DNA of 64,000 nucleotides from Microgenomates group bacterium Gr01-1014_7 (GCA_007376405.1 VMGD01000004.1:8960-72959), one strand, 5' to 3'; counted from the first letter of the stretch, positions 46,000-55,751 are shown. Notes: generated by a model not told the origin, from the letters alone. Program-made: numbers and translations.

Positions 46000-46960
46000 T
46001 CCGCCCGCCCCCGCCCTGTTTGGGATAATTTCCCTTAAAGGAGGGCTGCCGTCAGAAAAATATTCAGTATAGGAATTTTTAATAACTGGTTTGGATAGGC
46101 AGCCCGACCATCGCGAGCCCCGAGAGAATTACTAAATGATTTTTAAAAAGACGGGGCGAGCCCATCGGAATTAGTTGCGTAGCGTACTTCTCGAGAAGTA
46201 CGCGAGCGATGGGAAACAGATAAGGGTATAAATTGCGGCGGGGGAGGTAGCGGAATTACCCCCGCAACGGCAGGAGAAAATAAAACAGAATAATGAGAGG
46301 CGAGGAGCGGCCGAAGGCATATTTTGTTTTTCGCTCCTCGCCGAGGTAGAGACTGTAAAGCATAACTAGAAAACCCTGAATATGGGAAAGGCTCCCCCTA
46401 GGGAGCCCTCTCGCCCAAAAGCGGGGGTGCCGCCACAAATAATTTGGGGGGGAGGGATGATATGGAATTTTTAACAGACTACATTAATTTCTTTTTGTTT
46501 GTGTTTCTTTTTTTGAGGGAGTAAAAAGTGTCCGCGTATGGGAGGGTTGGGACAAGGACACTATAAATAATTTTTTCCTTTTCTTCCCCTTTCTTTTTTA
46601 GCGAAAATTTCCAACGCTGATGGAAGCGAGCCATGTACCAGACGGTACGTGGCGACTGTGTCCCGCCGAAATCCCGAGCGTAGCGAGGGATGAAGGCGGA
46701 GCAGCGACAATTGTTTTTGTTCTGGCGGTTGGGTAATGCAGAGAGGTTTGAATTTAGGTTGAGGTCGGATGCGAGATTGAGGTTGGCGTCGTAAATGGTT
46801 GGAAGCGAGAGAGTTTGCGACATTCATTTTCCCCTTAACCCCTTTTTCTGTCGCAAACTCTTGAGCGACTGTCGCACTATGAAGCGTTAGTAATTTTTGG
46901 TAAAATATGTTCGAGCGATATCATATAGTCGCACAGGTAGTCTAATTTTCTTACTAAAAA
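46000..46960. other. ~950-bp non-coding, locally GC-rich region dense in perfect palindromes
   Basis: GCGTACTTCTCGAGAAGTACGC at 46180-46201. GGCTCCCCCTAGGGAGCC at 46389-46406. GAGTTTGCGACA at 46813-46824 pairs with TGTCGCAAACTC at 46849-46860. No ORF longer than 115 aa. Confidence 0.3.
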
Positions 46961-46965
46961 TATAC

Positions 46966-46993
46966 TTGACAACTGGAATAACCCTGCTATAAT
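46966..46993 (+). promoter_or_regulatory. sigma70-type promoter of the ATPase gene
   Basis: TTGACA at 46966-46971, a 16-nt spacer, then TATAAT at 46988-46993, with the ATG at 47004. Confidence 0.5.
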
Positions 46994-47003
46994 AGTAGAT
47001 AAT

Positions 47004-48278
47004 ATGGATTTTATACAACGTCAGGTGTATTTTCAGCTGTTACAACATCTTGACAAGCCGGAGATTTCAGTTTTACTGGGACCAAGACAAGCCGGTAAGA
47101 CCACACTTATTAAAAGATTACAAGAAGAGCTTAATACACAGAATCAACCCAGCTTATTCTTAAACCTTGATATTATCGAGGACAGGCAGTTTTTTACCAG
47201 TCAGCATACATTGCTTGATTTTATAGAAAAAAAGGCCGGTAAAAAGGCTTATGTGTTTATTGATGAAATTTCCCGATTGGAAAATGCCGGTCTGTTTTTA
47301 AAAGGGCTATACGACTTACAATCCAACCATAAATTTGTGGTAACAGGATCTGGTTCTTTAGAATTGAAGGAAGAGGTTATTGAGCCTTTAACTGGGAGGA
47401 AAAAGATCTTCTATTGTTTTCCTTTATCATTTACTGAGTTTGCTGCCTATAAACTGGGTGTATTAAGCAAAAATCCGGATCAGGCATACTCGGAAGTAAC
47501 TAAAATTTTGATTACCCAACCTTTGATAAGAAATAGGATAATCAGCGAATATGTAAATTTTGGTGGTTACCCGCGGGTGGTTTTGGCTACCACAGAACAA
47601 GAAAAAACTGAAATACTTAAAGAGATATATATCAGTTATTTAGAAAAAGACATTGGGTTGTTACTAAATGTAGAGAAAGAATACGCATTTGGAAACCTGG
47701 TTAGGGTTCTGGCATCACAAGTCGGGAATCTGGTTAATCGGGCGGAAATGGCTTCAACATTAGGTTTGACCGAAAAGACTGTTGAAAGATACTTATATTT
47801 ATTGGAAAAAACCTTTGTGGTTGGGCTGGTCAGACCTTTTTATCGTAATGTACGCAAAGAGCTTATCAAATCCCCTAAGGTCTATTTCGTTGATCTTGGG
47901 TTTTTGTATATAGCTCAAGAAATTTTACCGACAATCCAAAGGCAACCAGCAGGCAATGTATTCGAAAATGCCTGTTTTTTAAGATTAAATGAGTTGGATT
48001 TGATCAAACCGCCACAGTTTTGGCGAACCAAATCCGGCGCAGAAGTAGATTTTGTGATAACTGACAAAGAAACAGGCAAAACTATTCCTATAGAAGTGAA
48101 AACTACTTCTAAGAAGAATTTAGGTAAAAGCTTAATTAGTTTTATAAAAAACTATCAGCCGGAAAAGGGGTTTATCTATTTTCAAAGCGGCCATGGAAAG
48201 CTTGAGTTTAAAGTTTACAAAAAAACTACTGTGAATTTCATTCCTTATCATATTTTACCGGATAAAGCGATCGCTTAA
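47004..48278 (+). CDS. AAA-superfamily ATPase of the AAA_14/DUF4143 family
   Basis: Walker A LLGPRQAGKTTLIKRL, Walker B VFIDEI, and a C-terminal DUF4143-like region. Confidence 0.75.
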   Translation: MDFIQRQVYFQLLQHLDKPEISVLLGPRQAGKTTLIKRLQEELNTQNQPSLFLNLDIIEDRQFFTSQHTLLDFIEKKAGKKAYVFIDEISRLENAGLFLKGLYDLQSNHKFVVTGSGSLELKEEVIEPLTGRKKIFYCFPLSFTEFAAYKLGVLSKNPDQAYSEVTKILITQPLIRNRIISEYVNFGGYPRVVLATTEQEKTEILKEIYISYLEKDIGLLLNVEKEYAFGNLVRVLASQVGNLVNRAEMASTLGLTEKTVERYLYLLEKTFVVGLVRPFYRNVRKELIKSPKVYFVDLGFLYIAQEILPTIQRQPAGNVFENACFLRLNELDLIKPPQFWRTKSGAEVDFVITDKETGKTIPIEVKTTSKKNLGKSLISFIKNYQPEKGFIYFQSGHGKLEFKVYKKTTVNFIPYHILPDKAIA

Positions 48279-48292
48279 ATTAAGCTGCCCAG

Positions 48293-48508
48293 ATGTTGGG
48301 GGTTAATCCGGAGACATTGAGTCGGTGGGATAGGCAAGGAAGATTAAAGGCAATAAAGATTGGTAAAAAGAGATCACAAAAACTTGGAATTAAAGTACCC
48401 CATAAGGATTTTTCTTGGAACCAATTCCTCTTGGAGCTTAAACAGCTAAACTCAATTATACCAGCTTCCACCTTATCTAACCAAACTTATCTTACTAGTA
48501 GGTATTAG
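48293..48508 (+). CDS. small HTH_17 (excisionase/AlpA-like) DNA-binding protein, possibly N-terminally truncated
   Basis: MLGVNPETLSRWDRQGRLKAIKIGKKR matches the HTH_17 recognition region. An in-frame stop lies 12 nt upstream of the ATG. Confidence 0.35.
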   Translation: MLGVNPETLSRWDRQGRLKAIKIGKKRSQKLGIKVPHKDFSWNQFLLELKQLNSIIPASTLSNQTYLTSRY

Positions 48509-50320
48509 AACCATTATGTTTGTTTTGACGATAACCTTATTTTTTTTGAAATAACTACTTACTTTTTTAGCGAAAACTTCCAACCTGTCAATTCCTGCCA
48601 ATCTCCTGGTAAAGTATCCAGACAATATTTCCAGTTCGCCATTAACTTGTGAGTATTTTGCTTCCAAAGTCGGGGAAATTGCAGAAAGTGTGTGCCAGAG
48701 TAAATATTTCCAACCTTCAGGGTCAGCAGCTTCTAACGAGAGTCTAGGAATCTTTCTTCCTTCTAAGATTTGTATTCTACCACTCATAATTGTTTCTAAA
48801 TATTTATTAAACTCCATTTGTTCATCCTCTCTCTCAGGAAATTGTGGCAGGCCATCATAAAATATTACCTCCCCTCCATTTCTGGAAAATCGAGAGATCT
48901 CTCTGGCAACACTCACAGGTATTACCATAGCCCTCGGAAGGTACAAACTGTCATGATCAGGGAGACTATTTAAAACTCCGACGTCGTTTAGTAAATCAAA
49001 TTGTAAATCTAAACCCAAAGAAGTTCGGGCTGCTTCCAACCGACCGCACACATCTTGCATAGCTCGCGAAATTCTTTTGGCCTCTCTTTCATCTGCAGGG
49101 TTGTAAGAAGCCTGGATTGCCGGAACAGGATAGTAAACCGCAAATCTTGAAGTCTGATCATTACGCAAAACACCATCTTTAAACTCCCTAGTAATTTGAC
49201 CAAAACTATCCCAATAAGGAGGTTCCATAAGAGAAGGCGGTGCATCATGTCTTCTTTCTCCTTCAATAGAAGAAAAAAGTGCATGAGGGATTAAAACAGT
49301 AGCACCGTTTTTAATCTGCCAGCGATTTACTTCCCTGATATGATCTACCGTTAAACCCCAACCAAAAGAACCGAAGGTTTCTGCCATAACTTCAGGCTTA
49401 CCGTATAGTTTGGCAACAGATTTAGCAAACCTTGCACTTATAACATCCTTTTGTGGAGAAAAACCACCAATAAGATCGTATCCTGCCCAATCGAAGTTAC
49501 CCAATGCAGAAAAAGGATCAGCCTGACTTTTTACAGCAGCTAAAGGATCTTCCTCACTTAAAAGCTGTCCTATGAAAAGTACTCCGTGACTTTTACACCA
49601 GTTATGCAGCTGATCTAAAAAATTATTATTATAAAGATGCCCGAGAGTTTGAAAATATCGTAACCTTGCCGACCTATTGATCCAATCCTGTCTTCCCCAG
49701 ATATGAAGAAAGTCAGAATCCAGAGGCACTCCGTGCATCCTACGGTAAACCTCGGGTAATTCCGAAGTATAGGGAACAGCTCCGCCGTCAACTACACCAA
49801 AAAGGTTGGCATACATTCCCGGTTCATCACAATAAAACCCTGCTATTACTCCATTTTCAAAATAGTGAGGAAAACGATCATAGTATGCCTGATGAGTTGA
49901 TTGAATAAAAGTACCTGTGGCATCCTCTGATAAAACATCCACATAACTTCCAAATGAATATGGCGGGTGGAACCTACTCTCTCTTACCTTAAGATTACCT
50001 TCTCTATCAGGCTTTACAACCTTGGCTATAAACTCTTTTTGTTTAGTAACCTGCCCTCCTGCAATGCCAGATGGCCAGTCCTTTTCATCTGTAAACCAAA
50101 CTCTCATCCCCAACTGTTCAGCTCTACTTAAGGCATATCCTGCATGATAAAACCATTCCTCATTAAGATAATCTGTTAATCCAAACCTTGGATGAATGAT
50201 AACTTCTGTTATACCCCTTTGGGAAATTTCATCCATCTGGTGACCTATTTTCTCTTTATCTAATTTCTTATCATTCCAAAACCAGAATGGAATAACCCTC
50301 CCGCCTTCTATATTATTCAT
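48473..50320 (-). CDS. putative TIM-barrel glycoside-hydrolase-like protein
   Basis: ..RVIPFWFWNDKKLDKEKIGHQMDEISQRGITEVIIHPRFGLTDYLNEEWF.. GC is higher than the flanks. Confidence 0.4.
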   Translation of the reverse strand: MNNIEGGRVIPFWFWNDKKLDKEKIGHQMDEISQRGITEVIIHPRFGLTDYLNEEWFYHAGYALSRAEQLGMRVWFTDEKDWPSGIAGGQVTKQKEFIAKVVKPDREGNLKVRESRFHPPYSFGSYVDVLSEDATGTFIQSTHQAYYDRFPHYFENGVIAGFYCDEPGMYANLFGVVDGGAVPYTSELPEVYRRMHGVPLDSDFLHIWGRQDWINRSARLRYFQTLGHLYNNNFLDQLHNWCKSHGVLFIGQLLSEEDPLAAVKSQADPFSALGNFDWAGYDLIGGFSPQKDVISARFAKSVAKLYGKPEVMAETFGSFGWGLTVDHIREVNRWQIKNGATVLIPHALFSSIEGERRHDAPPSLMEPPYWDSFGQITREFKDGVLRNDQTSRFAVYYPVPAIQASYNPADEREAKRISRAMQDVCGRLEAARTSLGLDLQFDLLNDVGVLNSLPDHDSLYLPRAMVIPVSVAREISRFSRNGGEVIFYDGLPQFPEREDEQMEFNKYLETIMSGRIQILEGRKIPRLSLEAADPEGWKYLLWHTLSAISPTLEAKYSQVNGELEILSGYFTRRLAGIDRLEVFAKKVSSYFKKNKVIVKTNIMVLIPTSKISLVR

Positions 50321-50445
50321 TTTTTTATACTACGCGGCAGTTGTAGGATCTTACTACCTAATTCTAAAAATATCAATTCCTTTTGGTGGAGGAGTTTGTC
50401 CAGATAAATGTCGTTCTCGTCTAGTCATAATAAATATTCTGTTGA

Positions 50446-51429
50446 TTATACTTCATCGAATATCTCTTCTTTATTGTTACTGCTTTTCATAAGTTTTACC
50501 TTTAAGTTCTGAGTTCTCATTTTATTTTCATCACTTGTCCAAATTCCATTATATTTAATTGAGACCTTTGCGAATTTTGGACTAATATTATCAGCAAAAA
50601 TACTGAGATAGAATTCATATTCACCATTAGGATAAATATCAGAGAAAGTATTTGGTTTAATAGAACAGGTTCGAAAACCCTTACTGAATTCTCTATACCT
50701 TGTTCCATCCAGTGGATTAAGGGGTAGTAATTTATCTGCATAATCACTTATCTTTTGAGGTTCTGGTACCTCAAACAGATCTAATGTTCTAAATGTTTCT
50801 TGGGGTATTCGAATAACTCGCTCACTCCCAGCTTCCCCAAATGCCCAATGTAGGTTTAATGGTAAGAATGGTCTTTGTAAAGGTACTTTAGTTTTAGTCT
50901 TTTCCACAACTACTTCAACATTTTCTAAGGTTACTTTGCCTCTATTCCATATTTTTAGCCGAATGTAGTAGGTGGGAACAAATTCCTGAATCACATAACT
51001 AGTATTATTTTGAATATACTGAGCAGCTATGTTCATAATAGTTGAGTGGTAGTTGTCTTTTTCATTTTCCTTGAATTCAATATCTAAGATTGGGCGATCT
51101 CTGTATTTTGTAGGATTGTCTTTTATTAAGACAGAATAGAAAAGAGTGAAGAAAGTGGCTAGGAAAATCAGAATTTGAATAAGGTCAGCAGTTTGTATAA
51201 ATTTTTTGGGTAATAAGAATTCAATCGCAAATATAGTGAAACTAGCAATTATTAAAACAGCAGTAAAAATTAAAACTCGGTCGGAATTGGCCTTGAAAAA
51301 ATCCAAGCAGTAGCTTAATAAAAGTCTAAGTGTTTTTGAAGTTAAAATTTTCGGCAAGATTATTCTGCTAAATATAATTCCAAGGGAGTAACAAAATAAT
51401 CCAAATACCAGAAAAAGAGTTCTGTCCAT
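50446..51429 (-). CDS. hypothetical membrane protein (3 N-terminal TM helices)
   Basis: Hydrophobic N-terminus, then a soluble C-terminal domain. Confidence 0.4.
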   Translation of the reverse strand: MDRTLFLVFGLFCYSLGIIFSRIILPKILTSKTLRLLLSYCLDFFKANSDRVLIFTAVLIIASFTIFAIEFLLPKKFIQTADLIQILIFLATFFTLFYSVLIKDNPTKYRDRPILDIEFKENEKDNYHSTIMNIAAQYIQNNTSYVIQEFVPTYYIRLKIWNRGKVTLENVEVVVEKTKTKVPLQRPFLPLNLHWAFGEAGSERVIRIPQETFRTLDLFEVPEPQKISDYADKLLPLNPLDGTRYREFSKGFRTCSIKPNTFSDIYPNGEYEFYLSIFADNISPKFAKVSIKYNGIWTSDENKMRTQNLKVKLMKSSNNKEEIFDEV

Positions 51430-51739
51430 AAAAATTGGGCAGAATTTATATAATTATAGCATTTTACAGGGTTAATATTTGGACAATCGGACACATATAA
51501 AAAAGGCATCAATTATACTTGACAGTCTAATTTGAAAGTAGTATAAATTAGACAGTGAGGTTCAATTTATGCTACTTATTTCAGATAATCTTCTTATAAA
51601 ATATCTTAAGGTTAATGAACAGTTTAAACTTGATGAGTTTATCAATAAGAAACTTTTTATTGAAATAAAATAATACTAATTATTCACTTAAGTGGATTTT
51701 AAAGATAAAAAATTGTATAATCCAGCCATAGAATGAGAG

Positions 51740-52396
51740 ATGCAGAATAAAATGGCAACTGAACAAAAGGGACAACAAAGTCCAGCTACCTACGAACGTA
51801 CGATCGGAGGTACGGCTGGTTGGAAAATAGGAGTAGATGCTAGTGAACCACTTCCAGAATTTATTCAAGAATATACAAGGGATGTTCTAACTTGGTTTAA
51901 TCCAGCTCAGGGTTGGCAAATAACAGAGGTAAGAGCAGTGTTACTTGATCCCGCTCAAATTAAATATGCAGCAGAGCAAAGAACAGACGCCCCAATCGAA
52001 CTTTCTCCTGACCTATTAACACTTGGTTTTTCACTGAGAGCCGCAAATCCTCCCTTAAGAAGAAATTGGAGACGTAATCCTATTGGTTTAGATATGGGAA
52101 AAGTTTTTTCTCCAGATTTTGAAGGACAAATTGCTGTAGGAGAAGATGGTAGATCAGCTGATCTGTTACCTAGAAAAATTGGAACTTCTTATCGTCTAGA
52201 AGAAGCATTAAGAGAACTTTCCAACACATTTTACTTATCAGGTGTATTGGTTCATGCAGCCTATAAACAACCAGTTAGATTTAACTTTGTGCCTCCGCAC
52301 ACTCCACTAGAAGAAGACGCTACACGAGAGCCTTTCCCCAAAAATATTTCTATGATGGTGATTTTGAGAAATTTATATACAAAAGAGGATGGATGA
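51740..52396 (+). CDS. hypothetical protein
   Basis: 218-aa ORF with moderately elevated GC. Confidence 0.4.
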   Translation: MQNKMATEQKGQQSPATYERTIGGTAGWKIGVDASEPLPEFIQEYTRDVLTWFNPAQGWQITEVRAVLLDPAQIKYAAEQRTDAPIELSPDLLTLGFSLRAANPPLRRNWRRNPIGLDMGKVFSPDFEGQIAVGEDGRSADLLPRKIGTSYRLEEALRELSNTFYLSGVLVHAAYKQPVRFNFVPPHTPLEEDATREPFPKNISMMVILRNLYTKEDG

Positions 52397-52796
52397 CTTA
52401 AATAGACAGATTATTGAGTTGAAAGCCAGGAGAGACCAAATAGCTGAAAAGAATTTTAGAGGAGTCCTGAGTGATACTTTAGCTAAAGAATTATTGGATA
52501 AAAATGAAAAAAAGGAATCCGAACTCACCCTAGAATTACATAGTTACCAAAATAACCAGGAAGATATAATGAAGATTGTAAGGCATAGCCTATCTATTTT
52601 AGAAGATATAGGCAGTGCGTGGCTAAGAGTTGATTTACAGGTGAAGAAAAGGTTCCAAAAATTCCTTTTTCCCCAAGGGTTGCCTTTTAATGGAGATAAT
52701 TTTGGAACCCCTATTTTAGCCTATTGTATCAAGCCAAAGTGGAGCATAACTCCTCAAAAATCCCTAATAGTACCAGCTAGAATAAGAACTTTTTGA
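52389..52796 (+). CDS. hypothetical protein (coiled-coil N-terminus)
   Basis: Overlaps the upstream gene by 8 nt. Confidence 0.4.
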   Translation: MDDLNRQIIELKARRDQIAEKNFRGVLSDTLAKELLDKNEKKESELTLELHSYQNNQEDIMKIVRHSLSILEDIGSAWLRVDLQVKKRFQKFLFPQGLPFNGDNFGTPILAYCIKPKWSITPQKSLIVPARIRTF

Positions 52797-52874
52797 TTTT
52801 GTCCTTGATAAACCTTAACCTTCATTGAAATTAATACTTGCAAAAAAATTACAAAAATATGGTATATTATCAAT

Positions 52875-53057
52875 ATGCTGATATCAAATATTCTTAATTC
52901 ATATATAAATAAATGGGTAGCACTTACATCAGATAGAAAAAAGGTAGTGGCCGCAGCACCTGATCTTAAAAAGCTTGATATTAAGGTTAAGAAGGCAAAA
53001 ATGGGAGATGTAATATATCATTACGTTTTACCATTTGATAAATCTTTCTCACCTTAA
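52875..53057 (+). CDS. small hypothetical protein co-transcribed with the aspartic protease
   Basis: 60 aa. Its stop abuts the start of the next gene. Confidence 0.35.
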   Translation: MLISNILNSYINKWVALTSDRKKVVAAAPDLKKLDIKVKKAKMGDVIYHYVLPFDKSFSP

Positions 53058-53485
53058 TGTCGAAAATTAGTTTTTCCTATTTTGTACAGGATAAATTAGA
53101 TCCCAAAACTAATAAAGTTATCGGCCACATTTTAAGACCATATATTCCCATAAGGCTTTCTCTTTATCATGGTAATCCTACAAATCATGTAAACGCCTTA
53201 GTGGATTCCGGTTCGGATAGAAATCTATTCCCTAAACATTGGGGAGATATCTTAGGGATTAATTTTAGAAAAATAAAGTCGGTTCAGATTTCCGGAATAG
53301 GCAACATAACTGTTATGGCTTATCCCGTTAAAATAAATATCTGGGTTAATAATAAAAAATATGAAACTGATGCTGATTTTAGTCCGCAACAACAAACTCC
53401 ATTGTTAGGAAGAAGCGGATTTTTTAATTTATTTAAAGAAATCATTTTTGAAGAAAACAAAAGTTATCTGCATATAATCATATAA
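53057..53485 (+). CDS. retropepsin-like (clan AA) aspartic protease
   Basis: ..NALVDSGSDRNLFP.. matches the D-S-G-S catalytic motif. Confidence 0.55.
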   Translation: MSKISFSYFVQDKLDPKTNKVIGHILRPYIPIRLSLYHGNPTNHVNALVDSGSDRNLFPKHWGDILGINFRKIKSVQISGIGNITVMAYPVKINIWVNNKKYETDADFSPQQQTPLLGRSGFFNLFKEIIFEENKSYLHIII

Positions 53486-53848
53486 GGTGCATAAACTAGA
53501 TATACCTTGGAGATGTATCAGGAGCAGTTGCAGGAATTGGAACTTTTAAAACAATCTGTTTTACACCAAGCATTTCAGGGGGAATTAGCAGATGAGAAAA
53601 AGGAGAAAAACTAAGCCTAAGTTTAAAGTAATATATGAGTACATTCCTAGTCCGGATGCTGCAGAACGGGTTATACCCAAAATACTTCAATTTGTAATAT
53701 TCAATCAAGATTTTGGGTTCAAGGTTATCCGCCACAGGCGGATGTTCTTATATTTGGCTGTTAAGGTCTCAAGTTGCAAAATAAGCTCCTTATCAACACA
53801 GGCACCGCCCCTTTACACCTTAACTTTTTAGGGTTAAACTAAAGATAA

Positions 53849-54385
53849 ATGCCAAAGAATAAAGTTTTGCATCCTAAATTAGGTGAGGCAGGGGAGGTGA
53901 GAACCTTGCTTTCCTGGGAAGCTCCTTCCCGCCCTTTTAGAAAAAAAGACCGCTCTTACTATACCACCTTGGCCATTATTGTCATTTTACTGGTTTTGAT
54001 TCTACTTCTGGCCAAAGAGTTTCTCCTGATTGCCACTATTTTATCTTTGGCTTTTGTGGCCTATGTTTTGGCTTTTGTGCCTCCTCACCATATTCAATAC
54101 AGGATCTCCACCCAGGGTGTAACTATCAATGAGGATTTTTATTTCTGGCATTTTCTGGATGCTTTCTGGTTTAAAGAAAAAGAAGGACATAAAATTTTGA
54201 TAATTCAAACAAGATTCCGTTTTCCGGCACAACTAATGCTGGTACTGGCAAATCACGAAGTAGAAAAAGTGAAAAAGATCGTAGCCCGCTTCTTGCCTTT
54301 TGTGGAAGTGCCATATAAATCATGGATGGAACGCTGGAGTGAGGGTCTTCAAAAAAACTTCCCCCTGGAAAACGTCCATCGTTGA
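53849..54385 (+). CDS. hypothetical membrane protein (2 TM; PH-like C-terminus?)
   Basis: LAIIVILLVLILLLAKEFLLIATILSLAFVAYVLAFV. Confidence 0.4.
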   Translation: MPKNKVLHPKLGEAGEVRTLLSWEAPSRPFRKKDRSYYTTLAIIVILLVLILLLAKEFLLIATILSLAFVAYVLAFVPPHHIQYRISTQGVTINEDFYFWHFLDAFWFKEKEGHKILIIQTRFRFPAQLMLVLANHEVEKVKKIVARFLPFVEVPYKSWMERWSEGLQKNFPLENVHR

Positions 54386-54423
54386 TCATTCTATAACTCA
54401 ATTGTTGTACAATACACTTGTTT

Positions 54424-54497
54424 GTGCCCGTAGCATAATTGGATAGTGCACGAGATTGCGGATCTTGAGGTTGTGGGTTCGAGTCCCGCCGGGCGCG
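54424..54497 (+). tRNA. tRNA-Arg (anticodon read as GCG)
   Basis: Acceptor GTGCCCG/CGGGCGC. Anticodon loop TTGCGGA. T-arm GTGGGTTCGAGTCCCGC. Backbone is almost identical to tRNA-Arg(CCG) at 55010. Confidence 0.7.
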
Positions 54498-54523
54498 CAC
54501 TTCGACAGGCTCAGTGTAAACCG

Positions 54524-54605
54524 GGAGGGTGTACCGGACGGTAAGGTAATGGTCTCGAAAACCATCGGGCGAAAGCCTTAGCAGGTTCGACTCCTGCACC
54601 CTCCG
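54524..54605 (+). tRNA. tRNA-Ser (anticodon CGA)
   Basis: Acceptor GGAGGGT/ACCCTCC. 3-bp D-stem. Anticodon loop CTCGAAA. Long variable arm. T-arm GCAGGTTCGACTCCTGC. Confidence 0.8.
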
Positions 54606-54631
54606 CCTTCGCTCGCCGAAGCGAGCTACGG

Positions 54632-54759
54632 CGGACAAAGTCCGCCAGGTAGATCGCGAAGGCGAGATTCGGACAAAGTCCGCCAGGTAGATCGCGAAGG
54701 CGAGATTCGGACAAAGTCCGCCAGGTAGATCGCGAAGGCGAGATTCGGACAAAGTCCGC
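54632..54759. repeat. tandem repeat, 38-bp unit x3.3
   Basis: Unit CGGACAAAGTCCGCCAGGTAGATCGCGAAGGCGAGATT contains two short hairpins (CGGAC-AAA-GTCCG and TCGC-GAAG-GCGA). There are no spacers, so this is not a CRISPR array. Confidence 0.85.
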
Positions 54760-54767
54760 TATAACAA

Positions 54768-55004
54768 ATGCATTACGTTTACATACTTAAATGTGCAGAC
54801 AATAAAACTTATGTCGGCTGTACAGATAACTTGGATGGTCGTTTGAAGCGTCATCAATCTGGTTGGGTACCAGCCACGAAGGAGAGATTACCGGTAGACT
54901 TACAAACCTACATAGTGTTTGGAAATAAATATAAAGCTTATGAGTTTGAGAAATATCTGAAAAGTGGTTCCGGAAGAGCATTTCTTAAAAAGCGATTAAT
55001 TTGA
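54768..55004 (+). CDS. GIY-YIG nuclease family protein (UPF0213-like)
   Basis: MHYVYILKCADNKTYVGCTDNLDGRLKRHQSG.. Confidence 0.7.
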   Translation: MHYVYILKCADNKTYVGCTDNLDGRLKRHQSGWVPATKERLPVDLQTYIVFGNKYKAYEFEKYLKSGSGRAFLKKRLI

Positions 55005-55009
55005 TAATA

Positions 55010-55082
55010 TGTGCCCGTGGCTCAACGGATAGAGCACGAGATTCCGGATCTTGAGATTGGAGGTTCGAGTCCTCTCGGGCAC
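55010..55082 (+). tRNA. tRNA-Arg (anticodon CCG)
   Basis: Acceptor GTGCCCG/CGGGCAC. Anticodon loop TTCCGGA. T-arm GGAGGTTCGAGTCCTCT. Confidence 0.85.
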
Positions 55083-55126
55083 GCAGCAATTTGATTTAGC
55101 TGTCTTATAGCGATAAAATAGTATGC

Positions 55127-55705
55127 TTGGATTATACTATGCAAGAAAAAGATGTTGGTAATACCGGTGAACAGGCCTTTACAGCTGTTGTGGATCAGGT
55201 ATGGGGAAGATTAGAAGCAGCAGGAAATTCTCCTCAAGCTATAACAGCTGCATATGAACTCTACGGTACAGATGATCCGTTGATAGTGACTGAACATGTT
55301 ATTAAGGTTCATATACTAGATGGGGCAAATATTGAAGTCAGAATGGCGAATTTTGAAGGAAATATGGAGGCCGCTTTAATTTCTAGGGGTAAGCGCCGAA
55401 GGTTAGTTTTAGCCGCGAGGCTCGACGTACCGACACGAATTTATTACTACCTCCATAGTCTTGGTCATATTGCAACTGGGCACCCCGCCCAGGCAACACT
55501 CCCAGTTGTTGGTATAGGTTTAAGATATGAAATAGTGGGCAGAAACGTTTTGAGGAGTCTTTTTCAGGGACAAGAAATACTAGCAGATGAATGGGCTTTA
55601 AGAGTTACAGACAGACCACAAAATCCTGGCAATCCTTTCATTACAGAAGTCAGAAATGCTGTAGTTGTTGCTACACGAAGATTTAAACCTGCTCCGTCTA
55701 ATTAG
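55127..55705 (+). CDS. hypothetical protein (GC-rich; H-x-x-G-H motif)
   Basis: 192 aa with LHSLGHIATGH. Elevated GC. Confidence 0.35.
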   Translation: MDYTMQEKDVGNTGEQAFTAVVDQVWGRLEAAGNSPQAITAAYELYGTDDPLIVTEHVIKVHILDGANIEVRMANFEGNMEAALISRGKRRRLVLAARLDVPTRIYYYLHSLGHIATGHPAQATLPVVGIGLRYEIVGRNVLRSLFQGQEILADEWALRVTDRPQNPGNPFITEVRNAVVVATRRFKPAPSN

Positions 55706-55751
55706 TCGCGCTCTTGACAACCTGTTATAACTGTGTAATAATTATTACATC

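Noticed and set aside
46200-46410. RNase P RNA-like motifs (UAAGGGU..AAA..UGCGG; ACAGAAU; GGGAAAGGCUCC..UAGGG)
   Set aside because: They occur in the order CR-II, CR-V, CR-I, and only ~50-100 nt apart. This is incompatible with bacterial RNase P RNA architecture on either strand, so it is treated as coincidence within a palindrome-rich region.
46561-46827. 88-aa ORF sharing a 22-nt string (TTTTTTAGCGAAAAYTTCCAAC) with the 3' end of gene 48473..50320
   Set aside because: The similarity covers only ~8 codons. The ORF lies in the palindrome-rich non-coding stretch and lacks coding features.
54171-54752. ORFs 54171..54752 and 54511..54714 (minus)
   Set aside because: Their repeated peptide (ESRLRDLPGGLCPNLAFAIYLADFVR) is a translation of the tandem repeat, and they overlap two tRNA genes. 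They are artefacts.
54632-54759. Possible CRISPR array
   Set aside because: The 38-bp units are directly tandem, with no spacers, and no cas genes are nearby.
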